From Gnetum montanum (lineage: Eukaryota > Plantae > Gnetophyta), in the NCBI GenBank assembly GCA_015680685.1, contig MNCI01002657.1, positions 225,858 through 289,857 on the forward strand: a stretch of 64,000 nt of DNA. Direction: 5' to 3'. The translations under genes were made by a program, and so were the position numbers. Below the pieces are notes generated by a model. The model saw only the letters and a list, made by a program, of their open reading frames with translations, had not been told where the DNA came from and did no database searches. Position 1 is the first letter of the stretch. Each line of letters opens with the position of its first letter. Positions 24,786 through 37,479 of this stretch are shown here, in pieces.

Positions 24786-25724
24786 CCTGGTTCTACTAAA
24801 AAATTCTACTGATTGTATTTCACAAGGACTTATTGAAATGAGATGGTCCATTAATATAGAAAGAGATTTGAAAAATAAAGCTTAACATTGAACTTAAAAT
24901 GAAGGGTTGTCAAAAGCAAAACTAACTATGATTATATGTACCTTAAGTCCATACAACCATTACAATGCTTTGATAGAACTTAACTAGAACATAGTGGTGT
25001 ATTAGCATATCCCTTAAGGACTTATACAACTACAAGTTGTTCAGTATATTGGGAATGTGCTCCTAGCTCCTCACTCATTTCCTTTATGTTTCTTTTCTAT
25101 ATTTGGGCCATCTGTTATATGTTTGTGTTAGGGTATGATGTAGTTTGGATTCATGTAGTCTTTAAAGGTGTGATATGTGGTCAAAGTAGTGGTTAGAGGT
25201 ATGATGTTTTAATGTTTGAAGCCTAAGGAAGGTTTAGTTACAAATTATTCCAAAAGAAAAATTAAGGGCCAAGAGCCTTCATGCTGGGCCATCACAATTG
25301 TGGCAAAATCCTCAACCCCAAAACCCACACTTTACAACATGAACATCTACTTCAGTTGAATTAGCTTATTAAATATGTAATTATCCATGAAATTTGGGTG
25401 ATGCTAAGTGGATGCACATACATGAAAACCTAGATTTTGGTACTTTATGTTATATAATTCTTCTAACTTAGTAGGGCAAGCCAATCAAATGGAAAACATC
25501 TATTTAAATATTACTGCTATGTTTTAGGCTATATATATTCACTTTCAACTCTATGGGAGAACCCAAATACTTGCCACACTAGTACTCAATCTACTTATCT
25601 CTTGAAGAAGCAAGAATGATGGATGGCACTTACAATAATGCCTTCATTGAATACAATTAGTCATTTAGTCTTACAGGATAACATGAACTCCAATCATTCT
25701 AATAATACATGAACTTATTTATGG

Positions 25725-26587
25725 TGAGGACCAAGTCCCAACATTCCAAATTGAAGCCAAATGCTACAAAATTCTCACAACAACACATAATGAAAAACAA
25801 GAAAAGGAATGTAATTCTTTATTCTTTCTTGAAAACATGAAGATTCACAAAAACATTGGAAGTAAACATCCCAAGGACAAACAACATTCAAGATCTTCAC
25901 AATCACACTTCTTTCACACAAGACATAAGCCAAACAACAATGGCTCTCATCACCTCCTCACATACTATTGCCCATTATGGCTACAACAAGAATTAAGTGC
26001 TTAAGAAGAGCTCACTCGCACACACTCTCTCCCCCAAGATACTCTATTGAGGCTTTCTAGCCTCCTCCCTTGAGAATAACCTTCTAGCTCTTAATTGGCA
26101 TAATTTTCTTGATTAGCCCGCCCAAAATTTGGCCTTTGATACCTCTTTATAGCTTTTCAAGTGATCCTTTGTCTTCCCTTAAAATTAGAATTCAATTTGA
26201 AATATGTTGGAATCCATATGAGACATCTTCAAGAAAAAGGAGACATCTTGTCCAAATGTAGAGATCATAGAGGAGACATCTTAAATTTAGCTAAGACATC
26301 TTGGGATCATTGGAGATATCTTAGCTAATACATCTTAACATAGCTGGGATGTTTGGAGAATGCCTGAGACATCTTGGGTGTAGCTAAGACATCTTGAATG
26401 TAGCTGAGGCATCTCATTTGTCATGGCCAAAAATAAAGATGCTTGTTTTGAGGTCTGAAACCTCTATACACATCCAAGAAAGTATCCATTAATTTCGAAA
26501 CCTCCTAAACTCATTAAAATAGGTGAAAAACACCTTGAAACATGTTAAAACTTAGGGAGAAGACCCCATCATGGGAGAGATGGTACA
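25725..26587 (-). mobile_element. Probable solo LTR of an unrelated family, with an AGACATCTT motif array
   Basis: TG..CA ends; minus-strand CTATAAAGAGG TATA (~26142-26152); about 9 AGACATCTT-like motifs with ~20-bp spacing at 26220-26415. No clean TSD. Confidence 0.45.
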
Positions 26588-27579
26588 TCGGCCTATTTGA
26601 TGTTCACATTAATTTGGGTGTCATCTCTAGTTTTCCCTATAAAGAGGTTATGGCAGCAAGTGAATGCATCAATAACATAGACATGTTCATATAAATTGAC
26701 ACAACTAAAGCATTAGTATGTCTCTAATTACTAGAATGACTTATTATTTCTTCTATTTCATTGTTGGTTATGCTTGACTATGTTAAGAAGTAGCAAATGA
26801 CTTGGGAAGGTTGGGACAAAAGACCAACATAAGTAGGTGTTGATGGCTTAGGTAGTGTAGCCTCAATACGGTAGACCAACCAGGTACAAATGCACATCAT
26901 GAATGTCAAAGAATATGATAGTTTGTGTCTTATACCAACCCCATTCTTTCTCGATAAACCAATTGGTGGGTTGACTTAATCAATCTATTTATATCTAGTT
27001 AGGTGTCATACCCTAGTAATTCATACTTAGATTTTCAACCAATTTAAAATTTCCATTAAAGTAATGAGACATAAAATAGCATAAGTTTAATTCTTAAGTA
27101 ATTAATCATTTAATGGCTTAAATCCATCACTAAAATAAAACATAATTCATTAATTAAAGTTACATCATAATCCACATTACATCTTATATAGATCTCAAGT
27201 TCAAGTTACAAATTACACATTGTCGACAAATTCCATAAAAAAATTCCAACATTACATTCATCCTCAAGAAACATAAACAATTTATTCTTTTAATTCTTCG
27301 CATAACTCCAAGGTCTTGTTAACTTAATTTCTATTTCTAGCACCACCTACCTAATTTGCATGGACACATATAGGAAAGAGTTAGTACTTCTTTAGTAGGT
27401 AATCATAGCTCAATCTCCTAGAATAGAGCTACAAATAGAACGTTAGTGTTATAGATTAATACATGACCATTTTATATTTTTCAATATCATGTTTAAGTTT
27501 CCAATTTGTGTTTACCAATGACCATATCAAGGTTTCCATCTAAATACTAGGATTACCGATAAAATAATAGAATCCAATG

Positions 27580-28300
27580 AAAAGGTGTTTCATTGTTCTC
27601 AACTATGCCTCATGTCTTTCTCCATATTGATTATTCTCAACTGTTGTGCTTGAGAAGTCTTTCCATACCTGGTTGCCTCCTTCACCATAGCACTACCTCA
27701 TAGTATTTGCTTAGCATCTAACTACCTAAGTCATGTTCTCTCTTTTAAGTTACTTGTCATGATATATTACTGCTTGATCCACATCCCACATAATAGTCAT
27801 TGTGATTTACTAGTCTTCAAGATAAGTAAAGCTACTATTGGTGCTTCTCAACATGATCATCAATGCACTTGGTAGCTTTAACTTCCCCCATGAAGAACTA
27901 GCATCCCTTTTTAATATTAAAGTTATTTTGTAAGCTATAGGAGTTTTTCCTAGCATTTCATAATGGTTGCTGCTTCTACCATTGATGTTAGAAAGTTGGA
28001 TTTCATATCAATTTCCAATGACTTCGCCATCATCGAAGTTTTGATTGTTTTCCATAAATTGATCTGCATCTTGTACTATGTTTCATCCTACATAGCCATA
28101 GTTCTAGAATTTCTTCATAGCATAGTTACATCCCATCCTATAGCTATGTCACAACAATTTTACATTTCTAAGAGATTAGGTTTCATGTTTCATTCCTTAT
28201 GTATTTTTATTATTTTGCTTTCATATCTTGTTGCCAAATGGTATTCTTAGTTATGCACTTTCATGTCTCAGTTTTCCCAAGTTTGAAACCCTCATTCACT
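27580..28300 (-). pseudogene. Highly decayed Ty1/copia gag-protease fragment
   Basis: WDVDQAVIYH (resembling WxxDSGxxxHM) near 27760-27790, with gag-like sequence upstream; many stops. Confidence 0.35.
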
Positions 28301-29740
28301 AGTTTTGGTTGAGAATAAATAGTTGTAAATAATAACATTCAAGATTTTCATGAAAGATTGGACATTTATAAATATCATTTTAAACATCATGTTTCATGAT
28401 TTTCACATTGGATTTATGTCATGAAAAATGATAGCCATCCCACATTTATGAAATATGTATAATTGATGCAAAAACGTCACAGTAGATTACCTTAAAAGAA
28501 ACCATTAGATCTCCCAATATATATAAGGTAGGATGATGAAATTTTATTTATCTAAAATCCTTATGAAATTTCCTATATATGAAAAAATAATTAATTAAAA
28601 TGATGCTAAAAAATTATAGTTATGAACTAATCCTTCTAGGCTATCAAACTTTTCAACAATTCTAATTATTCAACTTCTCCTACAATTATCTCCTCAACTA
28701 TTAAGGATATGGTTCTAAATTTTTACCAACATGCTTCTACCATTTTTAGCTTTTCTAAAAATTAAGAATCATGTAAAAATGTTGAGAATGGAGGAATATA
28801 TAAAGAGATCATTGATTGTCAGCCATGCTTTCTAGTATTAAGTTAAAAGAGGAAATGGCAACTTCACCACACTATGTGCATGTTTTCATGTGTGAGGAGT
28901 CTAGGCATGAGTCATGGGAGATATCTTGGATGCTTGGGAAATGATAAAATCATGAATTTACATTGATAGAAGCTTTGAAAGTGATTGTAAATTGAGGCTT
29001 TTAAAGTGTTTTTAACACTAAAGTTAAACAAAATTAAGGAGAAATGGATAAGTAAGGATGCATAATGATAAAGATATTAATGTTTTATGTTTTGGGATTA
29101 TAGAGTTCGTCCATAGATTATATTTTCAAGAGCTATAAAAGTAGGTGTCCTTCTCATAATAGGATCCTACCTATAATGCCCTTGTATAACCATTTCATAA
29201 GGTGTCTATGGGCATATAGGAAATTGATTGAATTACTATTAAAACATATGTGGAACTGTCATTATTGGAATCTTACATCATACTAAACAAAACCATTAAA
29301 TTCATAATTGTACATAGTAATGAGGTATAGTATAATTAGAAGGAACTGCATAAATCAAGACATGAAATACCTTATCATGTTCATAATGAATCTTTCATAT
29401 AGGTAATCATTTAATTAATTAACCTTACCTATTAGTTGGGAATTCACACCAAGTCCATACTACTTATAGTGATATCACATTACGTTGTCCTAGGCCCATC
29501 ACCATGAGATGAATCATAACAACACCAAAAGATCATCACTCAACAAAAAAAATTAGAAAATATTCTTTAAGTTCAAAGACAAATTATTTAATTATTGATG
29601 TATGATTTATGGATCTCAACCATCGGTTAGAGGGGTGCCTTTAGGCATGGGTCACATGTCTTTCTAGGCACATGGTGGAACTAGTTCAAGAGACCATGAG
29701 ATTCTTGGAAGTATCCTACCTTTAGGTATGGATCACATGT

Positions 29741-30519
29741 TGATGAGTCATGAATTTGTTGGCTGTGATATCATAGCCGTGATATCACAGTTGTGATATA
29801 TTAGCCTTGTTGTATCAGTAGCTGAGATATCGCAGCGGTTGTGATATCGCAGCCGCGATATCTCATCCCCTGCGATATCGCATACGCGATATCGCGCCTT
29901 GCCACAATGTCTATAAATAAGAGGCGGCTTTCCCAGTTTTAGAGTAGCGAAGCTCTGGCAATTTGATCCCTCCAGAGTTAGATTTTTTTCCTGTGTCTGC
30001 CCGCAGTGTGGTGAATGTGATTGTACGGTGTCTTTATTCGAGTGTGCTGTACTTGGACACGCACATGACCGGNNNNNNNNNNNNNNNNNNNNNNNNNNNN
30101 NNNNNNNNNNNNNNNNNNNNNNNNNNNNNNNNNNNNNNNNNNNNNNNNNNNNNNNNNNNNNNNNNNNNNNNNNNNNNNNNNNNNNNNNNNNNNNNNNNNN
30201 NNNTTGATCAAGGAATCAGTTGCTCGTCGCACTTAGGCTAGATTAGATTTTCTTACCCTTTTCCTCCTAGCTTAGCTTAGTTAAATATTATTTTCCACTG
30301 CCTTCAGGAGTAGCATAGATTAGGAAACACATCATACACCTCATCTGGACTAAACCATACGTGACAGATGCAATACTAGTCCAGGTGGGAAGACAGCAAA
30401 CTGCGACCTAAGGCTAACTATCTAGGTGCCACAACTAGTCCATCTGTGGAGTTCAACCGGATCGCGTGTGCGACGCTCGTTTTATATGGTTGAGCGTAGG
30501 GGTACCTTGCCACTCATCA
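29741..30519 (+). mobile_element. Solo LTR of the Athila-like family (N gap inside)
   Basis: TGATG..CTCATCA termini; exact TSD CATGT at 29736-29740 and 30520-30524; GATATC palindrome array followed by CTATAAATAAGAGGC. Confidence 0.9.
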
Positions 30520-31754
30520 CATGTGCTTCTAGTGGTACCTCAAGAATGATTTTAGCCTATGTTAACCAATTAATTATTATTTTGATGCTCTTATTAGAGG
30601 ACTCCCTTAAAGCATAGATAACATATCTTTCCAATGTCACAGTAAGATAACAAATTATTATATAAAAAAGTATTTTCCAAATAATTCAAACATGAGTGAT
30701 AGTAGATCCAAGTGGAGTAGTGGGACCCATAGATAAGGTTCAAAGAGTTAAAAAATTCTTTTGATGTCATACCCTTTCCCAACCCTCTTAGTTTATCCTC
30801 CTTTCTTCAAGGCATGATAGTCATTGATTAATTTTAGTTTAAAATGGGATAAGAACCACATTAATCTCATGATAAGGATGTCTTATTTATGGAAATTAAG
30901 GGATGGATGATGTGATCTCACTATATGTGTAATTACTCCTTTAATAACTTGATAATATACAATACAATTCTAACAACAAAGTTGGTTTGTGCACATACAT
31001 GGTAATTTCTTTAACAAAAATGTAGAATATCTCAAAGAAATTATAATTATAAAAGAAATTTAAAAATAATAACTAATTGGAAAAATATAAATAATTTAAA
31101 ATTATTATATGATTAAAAAATATTTAATAAATTAAAAAGTGTAAGAAATTATAAAATAAAAAGATCAAAATTTACTTAGTTCAAACTAAGGAATCTCTCT
31201 ACTATGAATGAGTTTTGAGGAGGAGATATAGAAGATGGATTTGGTCATAATGATTGTTGAAATATTTGAGGCATTAGTTTGATAAGATTCTTACAATGGC
31301 TTGAATTACTATATATTCACTAGGATAAGCTTTTATGGATTAGAAGGGTGGTAAATTTGTAAGGTGCTAGACCTATAGACTACATGAACTATGTATGTCT
31401 CTTCCCAAAGCATTTGGAACTTAGTATGTTAAGGTACATGACTTGGGTTATAATGGGGAATCTAATCACCTAGTTGAAGGTTTAGGCATTTAATCCTAAG
31501 ATCATGTCTCTACTCTAAATGGATTTTATGAGCTTTGTTATGCATAATGTCTATGATTCTATTCTCACTTAGTACATTCAAGTTCATTAACCTCTCACAT
31601 TGTGCTAAGATAAGATCCTAGTCTAAGTATTAAGTGTACAAAGTTCTACTTTTATAGGTAGTTTAGGCATTTTTCCATATACCAGCTCATACGAAGAACA
31701 ACTAATAGGAAGTTTCCAAGTTGATCTATAAACCTAAAAAACATCTATCATAGG

Positions 31755-33405
31755 TAGGTATGTTTTTACGCTCTTAGGAAACTCAAATTATAGGATTGGT
31801 ATTTTGAGTATACATACAATCTTCATATTCTCATCAAGTTGATCAAGATTTATCCATGGGCTAGCTCTGCTAATATCAAAATCTTGCTAAAATAGGAAGG
31901 ATGAAAGCAAAGAATTCTTTTTAATGACATGGGTGTCTATGAATGGAATATAAACGCTCCTATCATTCATTATCATATGAATAAGGTCTTTAGTGATATG
32001 AGCACAAATGAACTTACCCCTATAGAAGTTCTCCATCACGTCATTGTTTTAAGTTTTAAGACTCTTCAATGTTTTTTCTTCCATCATTAATTGGCTTGCT
32101 ATCAGCTTGATAGTAGATCCTAATAGCCCAATAGCTTCTAGAACTACTTGAACATCCAAGTTAACCTTACTGGAGAAATAATTATAATTAAACATAATGA
32201 TTTTCTTCAATTTCAACTTAGATTAGATTGATGGGTGGCATCATAAAACTCTCTTCACCTTTCAGAATTCCATCAAAATTGATCTTCTTTTTGGGGTTAA
32301 TTTTTTACAACAATCTTATCTTATGAATTATCCTCAAAGTTACAAGGTACTTAAGAACAATTTCACAATTGTAGTTTGCAAGATACTCTAATTTTCTCAA
32401 GATCAAAAAAACCCTTGTTCAGTTTGTCCTAAATTGTAATGTGTTCTTTTTGATGAATAATGATTGATTAAATAATTAGATTTTGGCAATGCATAACAGT
32501 GCATTAATTACTAGCATAAGTTTACAGTTATTTTGAGCATTAATGACTTTAGGTGATAATGGTCATAAATTGAATTCTATTATTTTCCCTTTTTTTAAGT
32601 ACAAGTATTTTGTTTGTCATAAGATCATCAAATTCTTTCTTCATACCATCATACCTTCATAACCTATTAGGAGTTTGGAAGGCTAGGCCTATAAGTTTTA
32701 TTCCTTGGGTATTTATTTTACTTTGATTTGGAATAATTAGAATTGTTTCTTAATTATGAGAATTGATCCTGAGATTTGTTGTTCTTGACATATTTTTTGC
32801 TAATGTTATGAACCTTGCTTCTGTAACATTCTTCCTTATCACGTTCTTGGGCCACGTATCTTTAAATAGTGTCAATCTTATCTTTAATTCATAATACCAC
32901 ATAGGTTAAATAGTTTATGTGATGTTACTATAGAGGATGAGTATTTTAGCTCTTTGTATACCTTGTATTAGCACTCAACTACTAAAAAACACTCTTCATC
33001 ATTTGTCCCAACATTCTAAATTGTTCATGTATAAGTTTCATCTTCATATGATTGGTCTCTAAATATTTATTCTTTGCAAACTAAAGATGCATTCACGTAC
33101 TTGCATAAATTCTTATGCTTGCCGCATCTTGGTTATCATTTTTAGCTCTCTTCTTATAGATTCTTTGAGACACTTTGAAATGACATGTCTCTTTGTAACT
33201 TTTTTTAGTTACTATATCAATGACCATTTTATTTCCTTTCTATCATTTGTTAATTCTTCATTAATTATAACTTCTTTTCATTAAAACACAGTTTATCAAT
33301 TTAAAGTTGCTCTGATACCATGTTAGAGATAAGTATGTTTTTATGCTCTTAGGAAACTCTAATTCTAGGATTAGTGTTCTAAGTATATACACAATCTTCA
33401 TATCA
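31755..33405 (-). mobile_element. Decayed LTR-retrotransposon remnant with tRNA-Met PBS
   Basis: GCTCTGATACCA at 33309-33320 (reverse complement TGGTATCAGAGC) abuts an LTR end ..TCTAACA; a ~75-bp block at 33331-33402 is repeated at ~31757-31828. Confidence 0.55.
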
Positions 33406-35559
33406 CTAATTTAACATTTTTATCACATATATACTTCTTTACAAATTTTATTCGTAAGGTTTCTTAAGTGACTTGACTTTGTAAGACCATCACTTGTAAC
33501 GTTTATTGTTACAAATCTCATTTTCCAACTTATTACTTATAACGTATGATTAAGTTATGAGTACTTACATTATACTTATTACTCCAATCTAACTCCTTAT
33601 GCTTTATTAAGTCTTTCCTTAGCTTAACTTTATTTTGTTTTTTGTACTTCATTTTTTGATATTTGACTTAACTTCATAAACTTCTTTGGGCTTTACTAAG
33701 CCACTTTTTTTCTGTCATAATCTTATAGATGGCCTTCTTTTCTTCTTTAAGAAACTAGACTAGGCAATGTATAACATAACTTGGATCTTTGGTTCTTCTT
33801 TAAGAAACTAGATCATGTGTTACAATGATTGTCCTTGTCTCCTACAACACTTCCTCCTCTATTCTTAGGATGGAACTAATTACTTCTTTTTCATCTTAGT
33901 ACTTGTAATTAGTAAGATAGAGAAAAATACAATGGTACAAATGGTTTTTATAAACTTTCTTGAATAGAGTTTACTTATTGTGAGACTTTTTTTTTTACAT
34001 ACTTGTTTTCTTCTTTTTCTTTACTCTTATTTTTTCTCATCATTCTCTCATGGATCTTAACTTGAACTTTATTTTCTTAAAAGTTGTAACTATTCATAGG
34101 ATTTGTCACATATTTATGAACTAAGATCCTTATGAATCACTTAACTTGATTTGTCATTGCTTACAAAACTCATGATTGAACTTAAGTGCTATTATATAAT
34201 CAATATCATTGATTTGGTGTTCTAGTCCTTCCTATATTTACTAGCTTTTTGTGTTAGTATATGAGTTATCTCATAGTTTATGATCTTGGCTTGTTTATTG
34301 GCTTGGGGGGTGGTATGGTATAGTTAGCTTATGTTCTATGCCTAAGCATTACATTAACTTTTTGAAAGTTAGCCTAGTAAAGTATGTGTCATTGTTCTAC
34401 ATTAGTGCTTATGGCACATTAAATCTATTTACCATGTTTTGCTTAAAGAATTTATTAGCAATCATTGTAGTGTAATCAATAACTATAGTTGCTTTAGTCC
34501 ACTTTGTGTAATAGTCTCCAATTATAATATTGTAGGATTTGCCATTTGAAGAAGGGGTGATAGGATTCATGAAATCAATTCTTCATAGATTAAAAGGATT
34601 TGGTGGCTATATCCATTGCTATGGTCACTTAAAACATGTTGATACCCCATCATCATGTTGGTAGTGCTTGCAAGACTTTGCAAAATGATATGCATTATGG
34701 AGGTATGAGTTATAAGTAACTAGTTAATATGATTTTGATAGTTGTTCTCTTTCTCACATATTGACCTTCACATGGTCCTTCATGTACATCCTAGAGAACT
34801 ATTTGTTGGTTTTACCATAGAACAAGCTAGTGCATCAAGCCATCAGCATAAATTTTATAAAGGTTTCCTTCTATTTTTATAAATTATTTGGTTTTGTATA
34901 TTAAGGAGAAACTTTCTACTTCTTTAAATACATAAGGTAATAACAAACCAATGAATGATTGCTAATAAGGAAACCAAGATATCATTTGCAAAAAAGGGTT
35001 CATTAGGGAATTGGTAAAATAAAGGTTTTTTATCAACCTTATTATTTCATATTGATTTATATAAATGATCAACTACAACATTTTCTATCCCGTTCTTATC
35101 AATTATTGTGATATTTAATTCTTGTAGGATCACTAATCACTAAATGATTTAGGGGCTTACCATTGGTTTATTCATCAGGAACCTAAGTGCACTTTGATCA
35201 ATGTACACAAGGACTAGGTATCTAAGAAAATAGTGTTTGAACTTCTCAAGTGTATAGACCATTACCATCAGCTCCTTTTCAATAGTGGTATAATTGAGTT
35301 ATGCACTAGTAGTGCTCATGCTTACATAGTGGATGTAGTATGGAAATTTTTGATTATCCAACTATGTTATCATGGCTTTCTAGGTGTAATTGGATACATT
35401 TGTCATGATGTAAAAATGTTATAATCAATTAGGTACTTGTAGAATTGGGAAATCTGTAAGTCTTTACTAGAGGATTTCAAATGGTTTTTCATAATCATTT
35501 GACCAAATAAGTAGTGCATCCTTCTTTGTAAGCTTCACCAATAACTTTGCAATCTTTGA

Positions 35560-36300
35560 GAAATTTTATATGAATGCCTATAATACCTTGCATGTCTAGG
35601 GAATAACCTTACATATTTCACTATTTGATGTCTTTGTGTAATATTTTGAATTATGTTGATCTTTTCTAGATTGACTTTAATGTCTTTTTGTAATATCCTA
35701 TGCCTAAGAACAATGTCTTCCTAAACTGTTAGATGACATTTTTGCAAGTTGAATTTTAAATTCATCTTTACACACCTCTTTAATACCTATCCTAAATAGT
35801 CTAATGCCTATTTAAAGTTTGAGTTTTAGGTGGAGAAGTCATCCATGAAAACTTCTATACCATTGCAAATATGCTTTTGGAAGATGCTTAAGATGAGATG
35901 TTGAAAGGTAGTAGGAGTGTTACATAAGCCAAAGAGCATCTTTTTGTAGTCAAAAAGTTCCCTATGAACTTGTAAATATTTTCTTTTGATTTTTTCCTTA
36001 GGTGTAATCTGGATTTGGTTATAGTTGCTATAACCATCCAAAAGGCTAGAAGACGTGTTTGACTATGGTGTCTAATACTTGATTAACAAATGATAACAGA
36101 AAGTGATCTTTAAATGTTGCCATATTTAATAGTCTAAAATTTCTGCAGATCCATCATTGGTTCTCTTTCTTTAATATAATTATAAGTGGAATCATTCACT
36201 CACTATCCATAATAGGATAGAGGAATCTAACCTTCAAAAGGTTTTCAATCTCATGTTTTATAACTTGTTTCAACTTTCAATTCAACTTGTGTTATGGTTG
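35560..36300 (-). pseudogene. Reverse transcriptase domain of element C
   Basis: ORF 35826-36041 contains the Athila-type FMDDFS motif; flanks are frameshifted. Confidence 0.85.
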
Positions 36301-37479
36301 ATGTTTGGGTTTGATGGTAGGATTTGTGTAGATTATGTACTAGCATATTATGGATCTATCTCTATGACCTTATCATATGATCAACTAGAGATTTCTAACC
36401 ATCTATTCACAATTTCCAGTAGTTTTTTTTTTGTTCTTCTGTCAACTTTATACTAATGATTACTAGTTTATCATTTTTTTTAAAAAAAAACATATTCTAG
36501 GAAGTTCAATAATGTTTTTAGTTTAATTAGTTTAGAAATAGGTTCTTTTGAAACTTCTAATTCTTCCCAATCATTGTCTTTCTTGTATATGCCCTACTTG
36601 GAAGATTTATTGCCATACATTTTCTATCTCATGTAGCTTCTCTATATATGCGATGGTAGATGTTTCTTCTCGTTTCATGAAGATTGATGATTGGAAACTT
36701 TCATATGCTATCAATCATTGGATGTCTTCCTACTTAGTGGCTTCCATCTATAGGTACTTTTGCAGTCACATTTTTTCTTCAGAAGAACTACATGTTATAA
36801 TACTTCTTGATCTGATCATCTAAGCTTTCTACATGTAATTACATCCACTGTCATTATATGTGATGCATGGAACTCTCTTCTTCTTAATTTTTTCATGATC
36901 AATGTCCTTTAAAATCTCCAAGGATATGTCTTTGATTCTAATCTTGGTATTAATGGTGCTTAACTAAGTCCTTCCCATAATGATGGAAAACTCCCATTTC
37001 CACTTGTCTACATGGATTACTAGGAAACATACTAGGTAGGACTACCCATTAATTGCAATCATAATATCCTCTATCTTTCTAAAAGGAATAGTAATGGACT
37101 AGTTTGCAAGCCCTACCATGATATTAAATCTTTGAGTGGTGGTAGGTTCCATGCTTTCTACATCTCTTGGAATATTAGATAAGCACTAAAATCTAAGTCC
37201 AATAGAGCCTTTCCTGGTGCATGTCCTACCATTTACAAATAAACTAGAGGACTTTCATGATCTTCTCTCTTCTTGGAAAGCTTACTTGCTTTGATCTAAT
37301 CAGTAATAACATGGATTAGCATGATAATTTGTATGTTTGAAGTTTGATTTTAAAGTAGCTCATGTGCAACTCTAAGGAAAGGACACTTCTAAGGATTTCA
37401 CTTGGAACCTGTTAAACTATTATTCACTTGCATGTTCATAGCTCTAGTAGCATTTTTTTGATGTTTTTGAGAAGGTATT

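Noticed and set aside
29760-29900. Regularly spaced palindromes resembling a CRISPR array
   Set aside because: Repeats are only 6-10 bp with ~10-bp non-unique spacers, sit inside an LTR U3 in eukaryotic DNA, and have no cas genes nearby.
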